A stretch of 64,000 bases of DNA from Rhizodiscina lignyota. Taxonomy: Eukaryota. Shown piece by piece: positions 36,728 through 50,306 of the stretch. A program made the position numbers and the translations under genes. The notes under the pieces are model-generated. The model was not told the origin of the DNA. It worked only from the letters and a program-made list of their open reading frames with translations, and made no database searches. Location: the NCBI GenBank assembly GCA_010015805.1, contig ML978122.1, forward strand, positions 1,956,453-2,020,452. Direction: 5' to 3'. Each line of letters starts with the position of its first letter. Positions within the stretch are counted from its first letter, which is position 1.

Positions 36728-38767
36728 ATGCTTCTGAAGGGCACTTCAACGCCCCAGCTTTTGCTGGCGGGCGTTTGTGGTAGTGCTCTCGTTGCCGCAG
36801 ACTCGCTCAAATCTATCAAACATGTCGTAATCTTCATGCAAGAGAATCGTGCTTTCGATCACTACTTTGGCACAATGCCGGGTGTACGCGGCTTCGCGGA
36901 TCCAAATGTCCAGGTGAATCCTGACGGCCACAATACCTTCGAGCAGCTTGTCAATTCGACGCTCACCAATCGCACCGACGTTAGCTATCTTACACCTTGG
37001 TACGCAAACTACCTCGGCGGCAACTGGAGCGAGGCTACACCATGTGTCCTCAATGGAGGCGACAATAGCTGGCAGGCTGTCCATCGTGCCTATGATGGAG
37101 GCTTAAATGACGAGTGGGCACAGACAAATACTCCATACAGCTGGGTGAGTAGAGTTTTGGGCCCAGTATGCTTCTTGACTCGGCTAACTGTTATCTCGTA
37201 ATTTAGGCTCACTTCAAAAGACAAGACATTCCAACACATTTCGATGTCGCAGAGGGATGGACAGTGGGCGATATGTATCAGGCCGCGCTGATTGCAGCAA
37301 CCGATCCCAACCGTGTAATGTGGATGTCTGGAACTGTCAATACTCCTGGGACACCAAACAACCCCGATGGTACTGGTAATATGATTCTCGACAACAATGC
37401 CTCGCCTGGCTGCGATATAAAGCCAAACGTGAACTGCTACCCTTTTACGTGGAAGACATTCCCTGAATATCTTCAGGACGCGGGCGTGACTTGGCAGCTG
37501 TACCAGGATCCTGACAATTTTGTGAGAGACCCCCATGTGCATCTTCAAATATTGTACTTACAGATATGTTCAGGAGGACAATATGCTCGCGTACTTTGAG
37601 CAATACCAAAAGGCTGGCAAGGATTCACCTCTTACGAAGCGAGGAAACTCTTACATCGGCCTGCAGCGGTTCTACGACGACGCCCGTGAGGGCAAGCTGC
37701 CGCAAGTCAGCATTATTGTCGGCCCGGCCGAGCTCTCGGAGCATGCACCGTATCTGCCGAGTGATGGCGCATGGCTTATCAAACAAGTCGTCGACGCCGT
37801 AACTCACGGAAAGAACTACAAGGAAACCGCTCTGTTCATCAGCTATGACGAGGGTGGTGGGTATGGCGACCACGTTGTTCCGTATCACTCCCCTGAGGGA
37901 ACGCCTGGAGAGTGGATCAACGATCCTTATAAGCTCTTCGGCGAGACGCCTATTGGGCCCGGTATCCGTCTTCCTTTCTTCATTATTTCACCTTGGACTC
38001 GTGGAGGTGTCGTCTTTTCCGAGCACGCAGACCACATCTCGCAACTCCTCTTCCTCGAGAAATGGCTTGCAACCCAAGGCCACTCTGTCCACAGCAAGGA
38101 GATTACCCAATGGCGACGACAACACATGTCCGACCTCGTCTCTGCCTTCGACTTCTCGTCTCCTGACTACTCTCTTCCGTCCATCGTACAGCCACCTGCA
38201 CCATTAGTTGACAACTCCATTCCGCCCCCGATTGACACCACTCTGGGCAATCTGAGCGGTAACTATGTCGGTGCAGCGGACTGCGAAGCAAAGTTCGGCA
38301 GCATGGTTCTGCCTGTTCCGTATGGCGAGGCCAACGAGAAGGCAGACGTGGCAGCTCTGGTTGAGGATGGCTTCAAGAAAGTCAGAGGCGCGTTGACGGA
38401 GGGAAGGTACCTCGTCTTCGAAAGCCGTGGCTTCGCCCTCACCAACAGCGGCGGCAAAGTCACATCATCTAGAGCGACAGCTAAGCACAATAGCATTCAA
38501 CAACGGTGGGTGCTGCACCAACAAGGTGAAGGCGACAGTGATGTCTTCACCATTCAGAGCGCCAAGGATGGATCGTATGTTTCGAAGGGCTGGAAGCTGT
38601 CGAAGTCTTCGAAGAGTGCGATAACTGTGACAATCCAGGATCAAGGCAATGGCAAGGGCTACACTTTGAAGACTGGGTCCCAACCGCTCAGCATTGACAG
38701 CTGGGGCAGGATTTCCGCAGGCAAAGGCAGCGGCTTCTCCATTTTCAGTGTCACTTATAAAAAGTAG
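36728..38767 (+). CDS. Secreted phosphoesterase-family phospholipase C (non-hemolytic PC-PLC type)
   Basis: Signal peptide; IKHVVIFMQENRAFDHYFG, TDPNR, YDEGGGYGDHV and GPGIRLP; introns at 37145-37206 and 37522-37573. Confidence 0.92.
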
Positions 38768-39391
38768 GATTATTCCAAGTAGGGTATAATTCGACACTAT
38801 ATATTCATAGCTCTTCGTGCGCAGCTCTTCTTCTTGTATGCAGGAGGATTCTGGAGTATCCTGAGATCAGACATGCATCTGTGATATCGCATGAGGCCTG
38901 ACAGCATCGAACAGAGAATTCGGCACTCAATTCACGGTATAGGGCACCATCGTGTGCTAATAGTCCCCTTTGCTGATTCGCAAACGTTGGGGCTTGGGAA
39001 GCAGTATGCAGTGGTGGACTATTCTCTCTTCTTGAGACTAGCCTCTGAAGTTGAAAATTGAGTATGTTGAGCGAGATAGGCGCGCGCTTAAACCCTGAGC
39101 ACCTCTCGGATAATCTCTCCCGCTTTTCACAATCATTCCAACTGCCATGCAGTCGCCGAGCTCGACAAAAGAAGGCCCCGATTGGAAGTGTATCGTCTGG
39201 GGGTAATAATGACTCGAAAAGCCACTTGTAATGATGCGAAACGGATATCAACGGCATGAGCCCTGAGGCTCTGCATCTCCGCCGCACCCTCGGCTCGAAC
39301 TGCGGAGTTTGAGCCCCTCTAGCTGGACCTGAAGATCACTCTCTTTGCCAAGGGCCACCTTCAATCACCACTGCACTCTCATGCTGCAATT

Positions 39392-40668
39392 ATGAGGGTC
39401 ACTTTGAGGCCTGTGGGGCCGGTATGGCGGTCATGTATAGCTTCTACTCCTTCGGCGAGACGATCATTCTCTGCCACAGCTTCAGCGCAGAAGTCATATG
39501 GCTTCATTGGCCTAGGGAGAATGGGTGAGCTCTCCTGGACCTTGAACAGAGCATTGAGTAGTACTGATTTGCTATAGGTTTCCCAATGGCTAAGAACTTG
39601 CGCGCGAAGCTGCCAAAGGAGGACACGCTATACATTCAGGACGTAAACCCGGCAGCGACGGAGAAGTTCATGAGCACGGGGTTGGACGAGAATGTCAAAG
39701 TTGCATCCAATCCTCGTGAGGTTGCGGAGAATGCTGTATGTCCAATTCTCTCTATGAAACGTTTTGTGATGAGTATTTCGAATTATGATCTAAGTTGGGG
39801 GCTACATCTGTAGCTCTTTTTCTGATTATTCCATTAAATATAGCCAATCCTCTGATTTCTGCGTTTCGCTTCTACCACATTTCTATCAGATCTTGCCGTG
39901 TCTATTGAATGCTAATATGGCAACGTGTAGGAAGTCATCGTCACCGCACTCCCCGAGCCGTCGCACGTAAAGTCCGTATACGGGGCGATACTCGAGCCTG
40001 CCACTCTCCTTAAATCCTCCGTGGGCACTCCACGCCTCTTCATAGACACCTCAACTATAGACCCCATAACATCTCGTGGCGTTGCCAAGATTGTGAACGA
40101 AACCGGCCAGGGAGCGTTCATCGATGCTCCAATGTCCGGAGGTGTCGTCGGTGCAACAGCAGGAACTCTTACATTCATGATTGGCGCCTCACCAGACCTA
40201 GTCCCAAAGGCCAAAGAGGTTCTCTTGATGATGGGTCGGCGTGTGCTTCACATGGGCGAGCAAGGAGCTGGCTTGAGTGGCAAATTAGCAAACAACTACC
40301 TTCTGGCTTTAAATAATGTCGCGACCGCTGAAGCATTCAACATGGGCATCAGGTGGGGACTTGATGCTAAAGCACTAGCGGGAATGATCAATACCAGTAC
40401 TGGCAAGTGCTGGCCCAGCGAGATCAACAACCCAGTCCCAGGCGTACTCGAAGGCGCACCCGCTGGCAAGGACTATGAAGGCGGGTTCGGTATCGGACTA
40501 GCAAATAAAGACCTTAAGCTTGCGATAGCAGCTGCGAAAGAAGTTGGCATTCCTGTGGAGCTTGGAGAACATGCGCAACGCATTTACGACGGAGCAGAGG
40601 CGGCCGAGCAGTGCAAGGGAAGAGACTTCTCTGTTGTCTATAGATACATAGGCGGCGCGGGTGCGTAG
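39392..40668 (+). CDS. Mitochondrial 3-hydroxyisobutyrate dehydrogenase
   Basis: GFIGLGRMGFPMA, DAPMSGG and KLANN; introns at 39525-39577 and 39736-39930. Confidence 0.93.
39762..39858 (+). ncRNA. Intronic box C/D snoRNA
   Basis: Lies in an unusually long 195-nt intron. Box C GTGATGA at 39766, D'-like ATGA at 39785, hairpin GGGGCTACA/TGTAGCTCT, C'-like CTGATTA at 39822, and box D CTGA at 39852 preceded by AGCCAATCCT. Confidence 0.75.
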
Positions 40669-41106
40669 AAACCATTGAAATCCGCTGTTAACGTGACTCC
40701 AAGAATCCTAAGTATGGCGACAAGAATGAGGTGGCATCTGCCTTGCAACGGTTCAATGCGAGCTGTGAAATAGTCCATGTGGAAGAGAGGACACTTCGAC
40801 CTTGGTGAAACAGGCAATAAAATGTTGAACTAGACACATCAGAATGAACATACTTGCCTTATCTCAGGCTCCTCGGTGTGAAAAAATGGATACTGGTCGC
40901 GTGCTCTGTACTATTGCCAATCCTGCGTAACATTTTTCGCAAGTCTGCGTCATCGGCGGCCTCCGCCACCAGCCCACTCCTGCAGCCGCGATTCGCTGCG
41001 CCCCATGGCCGGCCTTCAAGTACCCACCTCCAACCCACCTTCAGCATCATTTCCATCGAACAACAGAATACAAACATTCGCTCTCTAGTGCATACTAGTC
41101 GCCAAG

Positions 41107-41734
41107 ATGTGCAGTGGCAGTGACCTGTTTCTCGCCCTCCTCTCCGTCCTCTTTCCCCCCATCGGAGGTAAGTCTTCCCCGCCATATCGCTTCCTAGGCA
41201 GCCTCAATATCACACCATCTCCTCAATTCGAGCGAAGCCTCCCAAGAAAAGAGTCGTACTAATCATTTTCTCATAGTTTGGATCAAGCGAGGCATTTGTA
41301 CAGCCGATTCCCTCATCAACATCGCTCTTTGCTGCCTTGGTTACCTCCCCGGTCTTCTTCATGCCTGGTACATCATTAGTGTGTACCCTGAGCCCGACTA
41401 CACTTCCATCCCGCAAGACCAAGAGGGCCAATACACCGTCTGGTATGTGAGCTCTGGCGGACCGGCGCCGCACGGCCAGCCACAGTATGGCAATCAACAG
41501 CAAGGCGGCAGGACGTATGGAACGCTGCGGACGCCTTCTGGAGGTCAGTTCGTGGGACAGCAGAGCGGCACGACGAATTCGTTCAAGGCACCGAAGCCGC
41601 AACGGCAGAGTGGAGGTGAGAGGCAAGGAGAGCAGGGACAGAATGCGGCGGGCTCAAGCCAGAGGCCGGACGAGACGCCTCCGAGCTATCAGGATGTGAT
41701 TCAGGCGGACAACAAGATTCAGTCTAGTGATTGA
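41107..41734 (+). CDS. PMP3/RCI2/SNA-family proteolipid with a C-terminal PPSY motif
   Basis: Intron at 41168-41276. [38 protein letters not shown]. Confidence 0.92.
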
Positions 41735-42379
41735 GGCGGGAAGATAGTAATTGTGGTATGAAAGTTGTACGTGGATTGGATCAAGGAGTTATGCGGCGTT
41801 TGGGAAACGGTTCCGATATCCTATTGACAATAAGTGTTTTCTCCTCTTTCAGCACGTTTACGTTGCGAGGACGCTTTTGAAAGCAATCAAAGCAAGTTAA
41901 TCAATTAAGCTTGAAATCGCCTCTGCCTGATGAAGGTGATGTCACTTCATGGTGTGTCTGTATTTGCACTGACAATCTTCACCTAAGCCTTGACGAAAGA
42001 ACTAGTTTCCAGCGCGCGAACGGTTCACGGAGCTACTCTATTACAGTTGCCCCTTGGCACTTATAAGAGCTTTTCCGTACCAGTGAGCTTACATTTAAGA
42101 TTGTCAGGGAATAGCTTGCCCAGCCTGACTTGGAGGATTTGCTTCTCGTTGTCATAGAAGAGTGACGCTGTTGTAAGCCTCGTTCGCTCACGAGGAAATA
42201 GGCACTTCGTACGCGGCCAGATCTAACACTTGATTTACACCCTCCGGTAACAATCACTTAGTATTTAAACTCGAGCTCCACTCTTCAACTTTCTACCTCC
42301 GACCAAGACCATCACACTACACTTCCACCCCAGCTGTTTCCTGCCGCACCCAACACTAATGACAGTTGAAGAAGTAATC

Positions 42380-43704
42380 ATGGCAGATGCAGCGAAGGAA
42401 GGCGCAAGCTCCACAGAGGTGTCAATACTATCCCTCTGCAAGGATCTGTCTCCGGAGCAGCTTACTGAAATCATCGCAAAACTTCAAGATATTAAGGCGA
42501 AAGACACATCGCAGGCTTCGACGCAGAAACCATCATTGAAAACTGGAGGGGCTGCAAGCAGTAAGAGTATCGAGAATCCTTATTCTCATTGCATCAAAAT
42601 TTAACGACTGTTCTAGATACGATCTCCTCAGACCGCCACAGTCTCTTAACTCTTCATGCAGAGATTCGCAGCTCGATCTATCGAGAGTTGCTTATTCCAA
42701 TCGAAAAGGTGATATGGTTCCCCCAGTACGGTGGTGACTTGATAGACATTAGCATATTATGCACATGCCGACAAGTTCATCAAGAAGCTACCGAGTTGCT
42801 CTACTCCGAAGCAGCCCTGTACGTCGAAGCTTGGTACGAGCCGGCCGAAGCAAGTACCACTACAAAATCCGAACTGGATAACGCTGAAGAGTCCGAGGTG
42901 TACAAGTCACTTACTCTTGCCGAAGAAGCGCCCGACACTGAATTAAAGTCCGACTCATGGAGCAAGCAAAATGAAGCTTTGGAAAACTCTGAACCTACCG
43001 TAGCCATCGACAAGAATGAAATCAATCCGGATCCAATCATCACGCAGGACAACGATGCTATGATTGCACGCGTCGCGATGCTTCTTCCGGGGAAACGCAC
43101 GACTGGGCATGTTGCTGCTATGTCCGGAATCATGGCCCGCTTCCGAGAACTGCGCCTCTGTTTTCTTGCAAGCGCAAATTTTCCAAATGAAGGGGAGTAC
43201 ACAGCTTTCTTTCAGTACTCCCGATATCTTTGGGGTCGGCACTACCCTGGTAAAGAGAAGGGTTATGGCATGCTCAAAGTCATGCTTTTGTGGCAACCTA
43301 CCTTTCAGCATAAGGTGGGGTTAACTAAGGACCTTGCTCGTCAAATCGCCTGCTGGAGAAAAGTCGATGCAGCTTCATCTTCACTTATGTGGAGTCTCAA
43401 GGAGCTGTGCACTTCAGGCCTGGGTACAAAGGTTGTGCTTACCCCGCTGGCACACAACGTACCAGATGGCGACGAGCAGGTAGATATGTATTTGGTAGAC
43501 GGGGGTTCGCAGGGTGACTTGCAGGCCCAGACCTGGGCTCCCGACGAACCGCTACCACCCTGGGGAATACGATGTCGGTTCGGGGAGCATGCCTTCCTGC
43601 TAGAGGACGAAGTGATTGGGAAAGACGATGATGAGAGCGAGGATGATGGCATCCAAGAGGACGAGGATGATAGTAAGGAAGATGCTGATGGCGAAGAGTA
43701 TTGA
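42380..43704 (+). CDS. Hypothetical protein with an F-box-like N-terminal motif and an acidic tail
   Basis: Intron at 42561-42616. LLTLHAEIRSSIYRELL...ILCTCRQVHQEATELLY. Confidence 0.7.
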
Positions 43705-44203
43705 CGATGATGGAAATGCCGATCTGAAAGCGAGAGCAATTAAAATGGGGACGAATGCAGCGATGGGATTAAATGATAACGGGATGGGTCGTTTCTTACG
43801 AGTCGGCAATCGGAACTTGAAGTTGTCTTTTGCTACTCACCAGGAACCTCATGGGCAAGCAGATTCCGCCTGCAGTTGAACAAGGAGTTGACACACAGTT
43901 GAGCTTGGACGGTAGAATATCTACCGCTCCAAATTGAAACGGTTAATGATCGATCTGAGATAGCATGCATACATGGAGCAGAAATTGAAAATCAAATTAT
44001 TCAAGATGTCCGCATCTAATCAAATCTTCAGAGATGCTCTTGAATGTATCGAAGAGCAAACCTGTGATATTCCCAACTAATGTGTAATGAGAAACGCAAG
44101 AGGAATAAGTCTTCGACAGGTAAAACCTGTATCAGTTGAGTGGAAGGCGGGCACGGACCACTAGCACGGTTTCAATTAATTGTCCTAAAGTAGCCTAGCT
44201 CAA

Positions 44204-44220
44204 ACGCGTCGCGAACGCGT
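44204..44220. promoter_or_regulatory. Tandem MCB (ACGCGT) cell-cycle boxes
   Basis: ACGCGT at 44204 and 44215, about 90 bp upstream of the MCM6 ATG. Confidence 0.75.
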
Positions 44221-44301
44221 CCCGCTCTATCTATTTCCATCCAGCACGTCGTGCACCAGGGGCAGTCCAAGCACTCTACAACAACCACAATTGTCGCCAA
44301 A

Positions 44302-47297
44302 ATGTCTTCATTAGTAGACGCCGTCCTGAATTCTGATCATGCCGACATTGCCCCTGCTCAAACTCCAACCGCTGCGCGCCCTCGCACAAATGCAAGATCG
44401 TCATCCAGACCTCGCGCGCCTCCCTCAGACAGCGCAGGCGCTCACAGCGACATAGAAGGCTTCCCAGACGATGAAGTGGTTGGCACGAGGGGAACGGAGA
44501 GAAGAGCGAGAGGCCCACGAGAGGGTATTCCGCGCGTGGTCGATGTCACAGGAGAGACGCTATCGCAGCGGTTCGAGGAGTTCTTGGAATCGTAGGCGCC
44601 GTCCAATCTATACATTACACTTATACCATGCTCACAGTCTCTCCAGGTACGTGGAGGATCCAACAGCATCAGGTGCTGCAGCCTCGAGCGTGACGACAGA
44701 CAAGTACTATATCGCGCAGATTCATGGTATGCGCCAGTACGATCTGTCCACTCTCTACGTCGACTACCGTCATCTTCTGGCACACGAGGAAGGCATTGTC
44801 GCAACGGCTATTGCGGGCGAATACTACCGTTTCCTCCCTTTCATGACTCGCGCCCTTCACAATCTCATTGCAAAATATGAGCCTCGTTACTTTCGCGAGC
44901 ATCGACAACCGACTACAGCTGGCAGCACAACTGCAACATCAATCGCTGGCAATGCAACGAGCCAAGCCGAGTCAACGTCCAATTTGACGTCTAATCAACA
45001 AACGGACAAGCTCTTCACACTCGCATTCTACAACCTTCCCCTGGTCAGCCGCATTCGCGCTCTCCGCACTGCGCAAATCGGCAAACTCCTCTCAATCTCT
45101 GGTACAGTTACGCGAACTTCTGAAGTTCGACCCGAGCTGAGTCTTGCGACATTTATCTGCGAGAACTGCAATACCATCATTCCGAACATCGAACAGACCT
45201 TCCGCTACACCGAGCCAACGCAATGTCCCAATCTTACCTGTGGAAACCGGTTTGGATGGCGGTTAGATATCAGACAGAGCACGTTCGTCGATTGGCAGAA
45301 AGTCCGGATTCAGGAGAACAGCTCGGAGATTCCTACAGGAAGCATGCCTCGTACGATGGACGTGATTCTTCGTGGAGAGATGGTCGATCGTGCAAAGGCT
45401 GGCGAGAAGTGCATCTTTACCGGAACACTAATTGTAATTCCGGATGTGAGCCAGTTTAGAGTACCTGGTACCAAGCCTCAAGCGACTCGAGGCAACCCAA
45501 ACACACAACGTGGGACAGATATCGGCGGCAGTGGAGTCAGCGGTCTCAAAGCACTCGGTGTGAGGGATCTGACATACCGCATGGCATTCTTAGGATGCAT
45601 GATTACTCCAGACCTCTCTACTCAAGGCAATTCTGCAGGCCAGCAATTGCAGGGCCAAGCGGGCAACATCCTGGCTTCTCTTCACCAGACAATGATTGAT
45701 TCCGAGGACGAGACGGGTGAGAAAGCTCAAGCAGATTACCTTGAGAACTTGAGCCCGGCGGAAGTTGAGGACTTGAAAGCCATGGTGCACAAGCCGAATA
45801 TCTTCATGCGGCTGGTGGATAGCATCGCGCCTATGGTCTACGGCCATCAAGTCATCAAGAAAGGCCTGCTCCTCCAACTCATGGGCGGTGTGAGCAAAGT
45901 TACACCCGAAGGCATGGCGCTCAGAGGTGACATCAATATCTGCATCGTTGGCGACCCAAGTACCAGCAAATCGCAATTCCTCAAATACATCTGCTCTTTC
46001 CTGCCTCGAGCGGTCTACACGTCTGGCAAAGCCTCTTCAGCGGCTGGTCTCACCGCAGCGGTGGTCAAGGACGAAGAGACTGGCGACTTCACCATCGAGG
46101 CAGGTGCGCTCATGCTTGCTGACAATGGCATCTGCGCCATCGACGAGTTCGATAAGATGGATATCGCGGACCAGGTTGCGATCCACGAGGCGATGGAACA
46201 GCAGACTATTTCGATCGCAAAGGCGGGTATCCAGGCTACCTTAAACGCAAGGACGAGTATCCTCGCAGCTGCAAATCCAGTTGGTGGCAGGTACAACCGC
46301 AAGACGACATTGAGGGCGAACGTAAACATGAGCGCGCCTATCATGTCCCGTTTTGACCTGTTCTTTGTGGTTCTTGACGAGTGCGACGAGGCCGTAGATC
46401 GACATTTGGCTGATCATATTGTCAACATCCACCGTCTTCGGGACGATGCAGTGGAGCCAGAATTCAGCACCGAACAATTGCAGCGGTACATCCGATTCGC
46501 AAGAACATTCAAGCCCGAGTTCACGCCCGAGGCGAAGCAATCGCTTGTGGAGAAGTATAAGGAACTCCGAGCAGACGATGCGCAAGGTGGTATCGGCAGA
46601 AGCAGCTATCGCATCACGGTCAGGCAGCTGGAGAGTATGATCCGATTGAGTGAGGCGATCGCGAAGGCAAACTGCGTCACGGAGATTACGAGCGACTTTG
46701 TCAGGGAAGCGTACAACCTTCTCCGCCAGAGCATCATCTCTGTCGAGAAAGACGATGTGGAAATCGAGGGCGATGAAGCTGCAGAAGAAGATGAGCAGGC
46801 GGACGGCGGCGCTGATCACGACAGAGATGGCGATTCGCCCATGGCCGATGGAGACGCGGAGATGGGCGATGCGTCGAGAGCATCCGCGACTCCAGGACCT
46901 TCGCAGAAGGAGAGGACGAAGATCACGTATGATAAATACATGTCGATACTTAATACGATGGTCCGGAGAGTCAACGACGACCAGCAGTCGACGGAGGACG
47001 GTGTCGAGGAAGAGGAGCTTCTCGTATGGTATTTGGAGCAGCGAGAGGCGGAGCTGGAGACACAGGAGGACTTGGAGAGTGAGAGAACGCTTGCGAAGAA
47101 GGTCCTGAAGAGGATGGTTAAGGTATGTCGAGTCCAACTACAGCGAATTGAACAACACCGACTGACTGGTAATATAGGACAACATCCTGATGCAGATTCG
47201 TGGAGAAGGTCTCGCTGACGAGCAAGGCCAAGGTTTACAGGGCGAAGGGAAGGTAGTGTATGTCATGCATCCAAACTGCGCAGTTGAGGATATGTAG
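44302..47297 (+). CDS. MCM6: DNA replication licensing factor MCM6
   Basis: Introns at 44592-44646 and 47123-47177. GDPSTSKSQ, IDEFDKM, SRFD and ITVRQLES; C-terminal YVMHPNC. Confidence 0.97.
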
Positions 47298-50200
47298 GGT
47301 AATCATGCGTCGTCTGACCTGCACAATCTGGGTTTCTGCATTGCGATGTTTAGAATGGCGATTGGGGCTATGGGTATTGCATGAGGGTTGCATGAGGGTT
47401 GGATTATGACCGCATATCGTAGTAATCCGCAAATGATACCACATGATGATGGCAGTACCTGCTACTATTCGATGCGGTGCACTGGCAATGTTGCTCCTGT
47501 GTCGCCTTTTGAGGTTGACCAGACTTGTGAGCACGATTCAACTCTCGCAGCAGACTCGGTTGATGTTTGGCATCAACATGAGAAGGAGAGTTTAAGCACA
47601 AAGTCAGAAATACGCAAATGCTATCATTGTGTCAACGTAGGTAAAATGCCTTATGAAGAGGTGCTAATACTCGCGTCGCGCGTCTATAAATTGTCCGTTG
47701 CCGGCCAGCAGAAAATAGCTTAGTTATTCCAGATGTGCATGCTTGCCTAAGGTTCGTATCAGTTCACCCTTGCCAGGAGATGCACAGGTGTCGCGACCCT
47801 ATATTCCTAGTCTAGTAGGGCGAAGCGATGTTGTCAAACTTGTGGTCGGTTTGACAAGACGGCCGGGCCTCCTGGCCTGCGTTGCTGCGTTGCTGCGAAG
47901 TTTGTTACTGTTACCTGCGCACCACATGTCCAGTCTAACACAAACCACAGGCAAAGCGTGCCATTCGGATCCTCCCGCGTATTTCACAGCACATGTTGCT
48001 GCTCCAGGCACTATTGGATGGCTGGCCGAACCCCCTCGCTCATTGGTGGGATGCAGTCGCCGATGCATGCAGCAACCGAAGAGTCGGTGGAACAAATCCA
48101 CAGCTCGGCTGCTCGAGTGCCATGGGCCTGGAATGACAGAGCCGATGCCACGGGGAGCGGTCCAGCTGCGGACTGCAAAGTTGGAAGCAGACGTTCCACA
48201 GCTTCTGCAGTTCCATGTCGCTTTTCTGGCGGAGCATTGTTCCGTACCGTCAGGAGGGAAGAGGCTGGCCAATGCGTGTGGGATTGGCCACTCTCAAACT
48301 CTATTCGACGACCCGGAAAGGCGGAGAGGTTCGCGTGGTGCAGTCGCTTGCAAGAGCAGTGAATGGGCATTGGGAAAGGTACTTTGGCACCTCCAAGCAC
48401 AATGGCGCTGAAGCCCAACCCTCTCGGATCTTCCGAGACTACTGCTACTCCTCGCGGCACTATTGCTCCTTTGAAGTGAAGGGGCGAGAGTTAGCGCGTC
48501 GCGCGTCTAACGACTTCGTCGCGGTTACATCGTCCCCGGAATACAGACTCGAAGCACTTCATTTACCGACAGACGAGCACTGCCGGTGCCTGATCGTCGA
48601 GATGTGTACGCAATGGCCAGTTCGCAGCCGGAGCAAATCGATATATCGGTAGCCGGCCCTTGGCCTCGAAAGTATTCAAGATGACATGTGCCCTGTCTCG
48701 GACTGTGCGCGGCCTGATGCGTGCAAGGAACTCGGGACGCAGGGCCGTCTAGCCTATTGCACAGCAGCCCGTACAACCTGTCAAATGGCTGAGGTATTGT
48801 TCGTCTCCTCCATACAATGCAATTGTCGATACGGACAATTGCGCGGCTGCGCGTTTGACAGCTGTTGCCGGTCGCTGCCACGTTTTCTCGAAGTGCTTTT
48901 TCTTGCGCGCGCGTGCTCTTACGTTTGACGTTGTGCCACTGTGGCTGCATCACTATCAGCCAGGTTTCCGTGCCCTTCTTTGTGCTTTTCCCAGTGCTCT
49001 CGTGCTTGCTCCTCCGTCCAACGCTGCTGATGCTCGCAGGGGCAGAGCCGTAAGCCCTGAGTCGCGAGACTTTTCTAATATCGATTCCAGGAATTCGGAT
49101 TGAAGCTGAACGCGATGACGCAGCGTCTCTAGGAGGATTGAAGCATTCTGGTGGAAATGCGAGCGCTACCCACGCACGCACCGCATCGCAGCATCCGCTT
49201 TACCAGATCTCTACAAGCCCGGTTCCAGCAACTCGGAATCACGCTGATAGGTGCCCGTTAGACCCGGAGAGACGTTGCAAACTTCAGAACAAGCTCTCCT
49301 CACCTCATGCCTAGGCTGGAAGGGTGCAAGCCTCCTCTTGGAAGTTGGGGAGAAGCAAAGCTCGCCGCAGGCCATGCCATGTCCGCGCCGTGTGCAGCGA
49401 TCGATGGAGCTTGCCCTACTCCCGCTTCATCAGGATTGGCCGCGTAGAGCAGCCGGGCAGAATGATATTTGTGTGTGAGAGGGTTTGGAAAGCCACACCA
49501 CAATCTAAGCAACTGCATGCGTTGGAAATGCAGATGCAACGTACGATATTCCTGCTCTGCCGCTCGATCAACTGCAGAATTGGTCGTCTGCTCTCGAGCC
49601 TTCCTCCCCGTCACTGTCGGGCTCATTCTTATCCCTCGCCAGCTGGGACGCTCCTTGTAGCAAGGAGCTCTATCCCATAGTTCCAGCGACGCACAATTCA
49701 AGGCCGCCAGCAGTTCCAGCGCAGCGGTTTCAGTGGGTGTAGCGAGGCCGTTGGTGGTCTGAGTCTCAGTCGCTTGCTCTCGGCTTGGAGCAACCTTGCA
49801 TTTGCTACTGTTCGAGGGCACCGCACCGCCCTCCGCCCCAGCCAGAGCTCTCAAGGGACCCCCTTCCACCGGCTGGGCCTTGCCTGACCTGACCGGCTCT
49901 AATCAATCTCGCTTTCGCCTCCGACCACCACCTCCACTCCGCTAGTTAACCACTAACCCTTCCCCATCCGACCTGCCAACTCTTTTAAATACTCCGATCA
50001 TCGCCCATCACACCTGCATCACGCACGCCTCGCGTGAGCGACGACTCTCTGGACGATCGGCGTTGTTGCTAGCCTTCGGTCTCGGGTCTCACCAGCGTCT
50101 CTCGCGCGTGCCGAGTCCCCGCTCGCTGGGCCGGGCAGAGATTTCCCACGGCATCGGGAGCCCATACCGCAGCACCAGCACCACCGAACCCACCAGCACA

Positions 50201-50306
50201 CTTGGGTGTCTAGCGTAGCACCAAAACTCCGCCAGTTGAAGACACTAGCTGGATTATCCATCGATCACTCACTTATTGTCCATTATCGCGCCGTCGATGA
50301 CCAGAA

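Noticed and set aside
47377..47401. 11-bp tandem repeat TTGCATGAGGG in the MCM6 3' region
   Set aside because: Only two copies; ordinary slippage.
49953..49960. CTAACCCT as a telomerase template
   Set aside because: Only 8 nt, in a pyrimidine-rich promoter, and separated from the structured domain by a protein gene.
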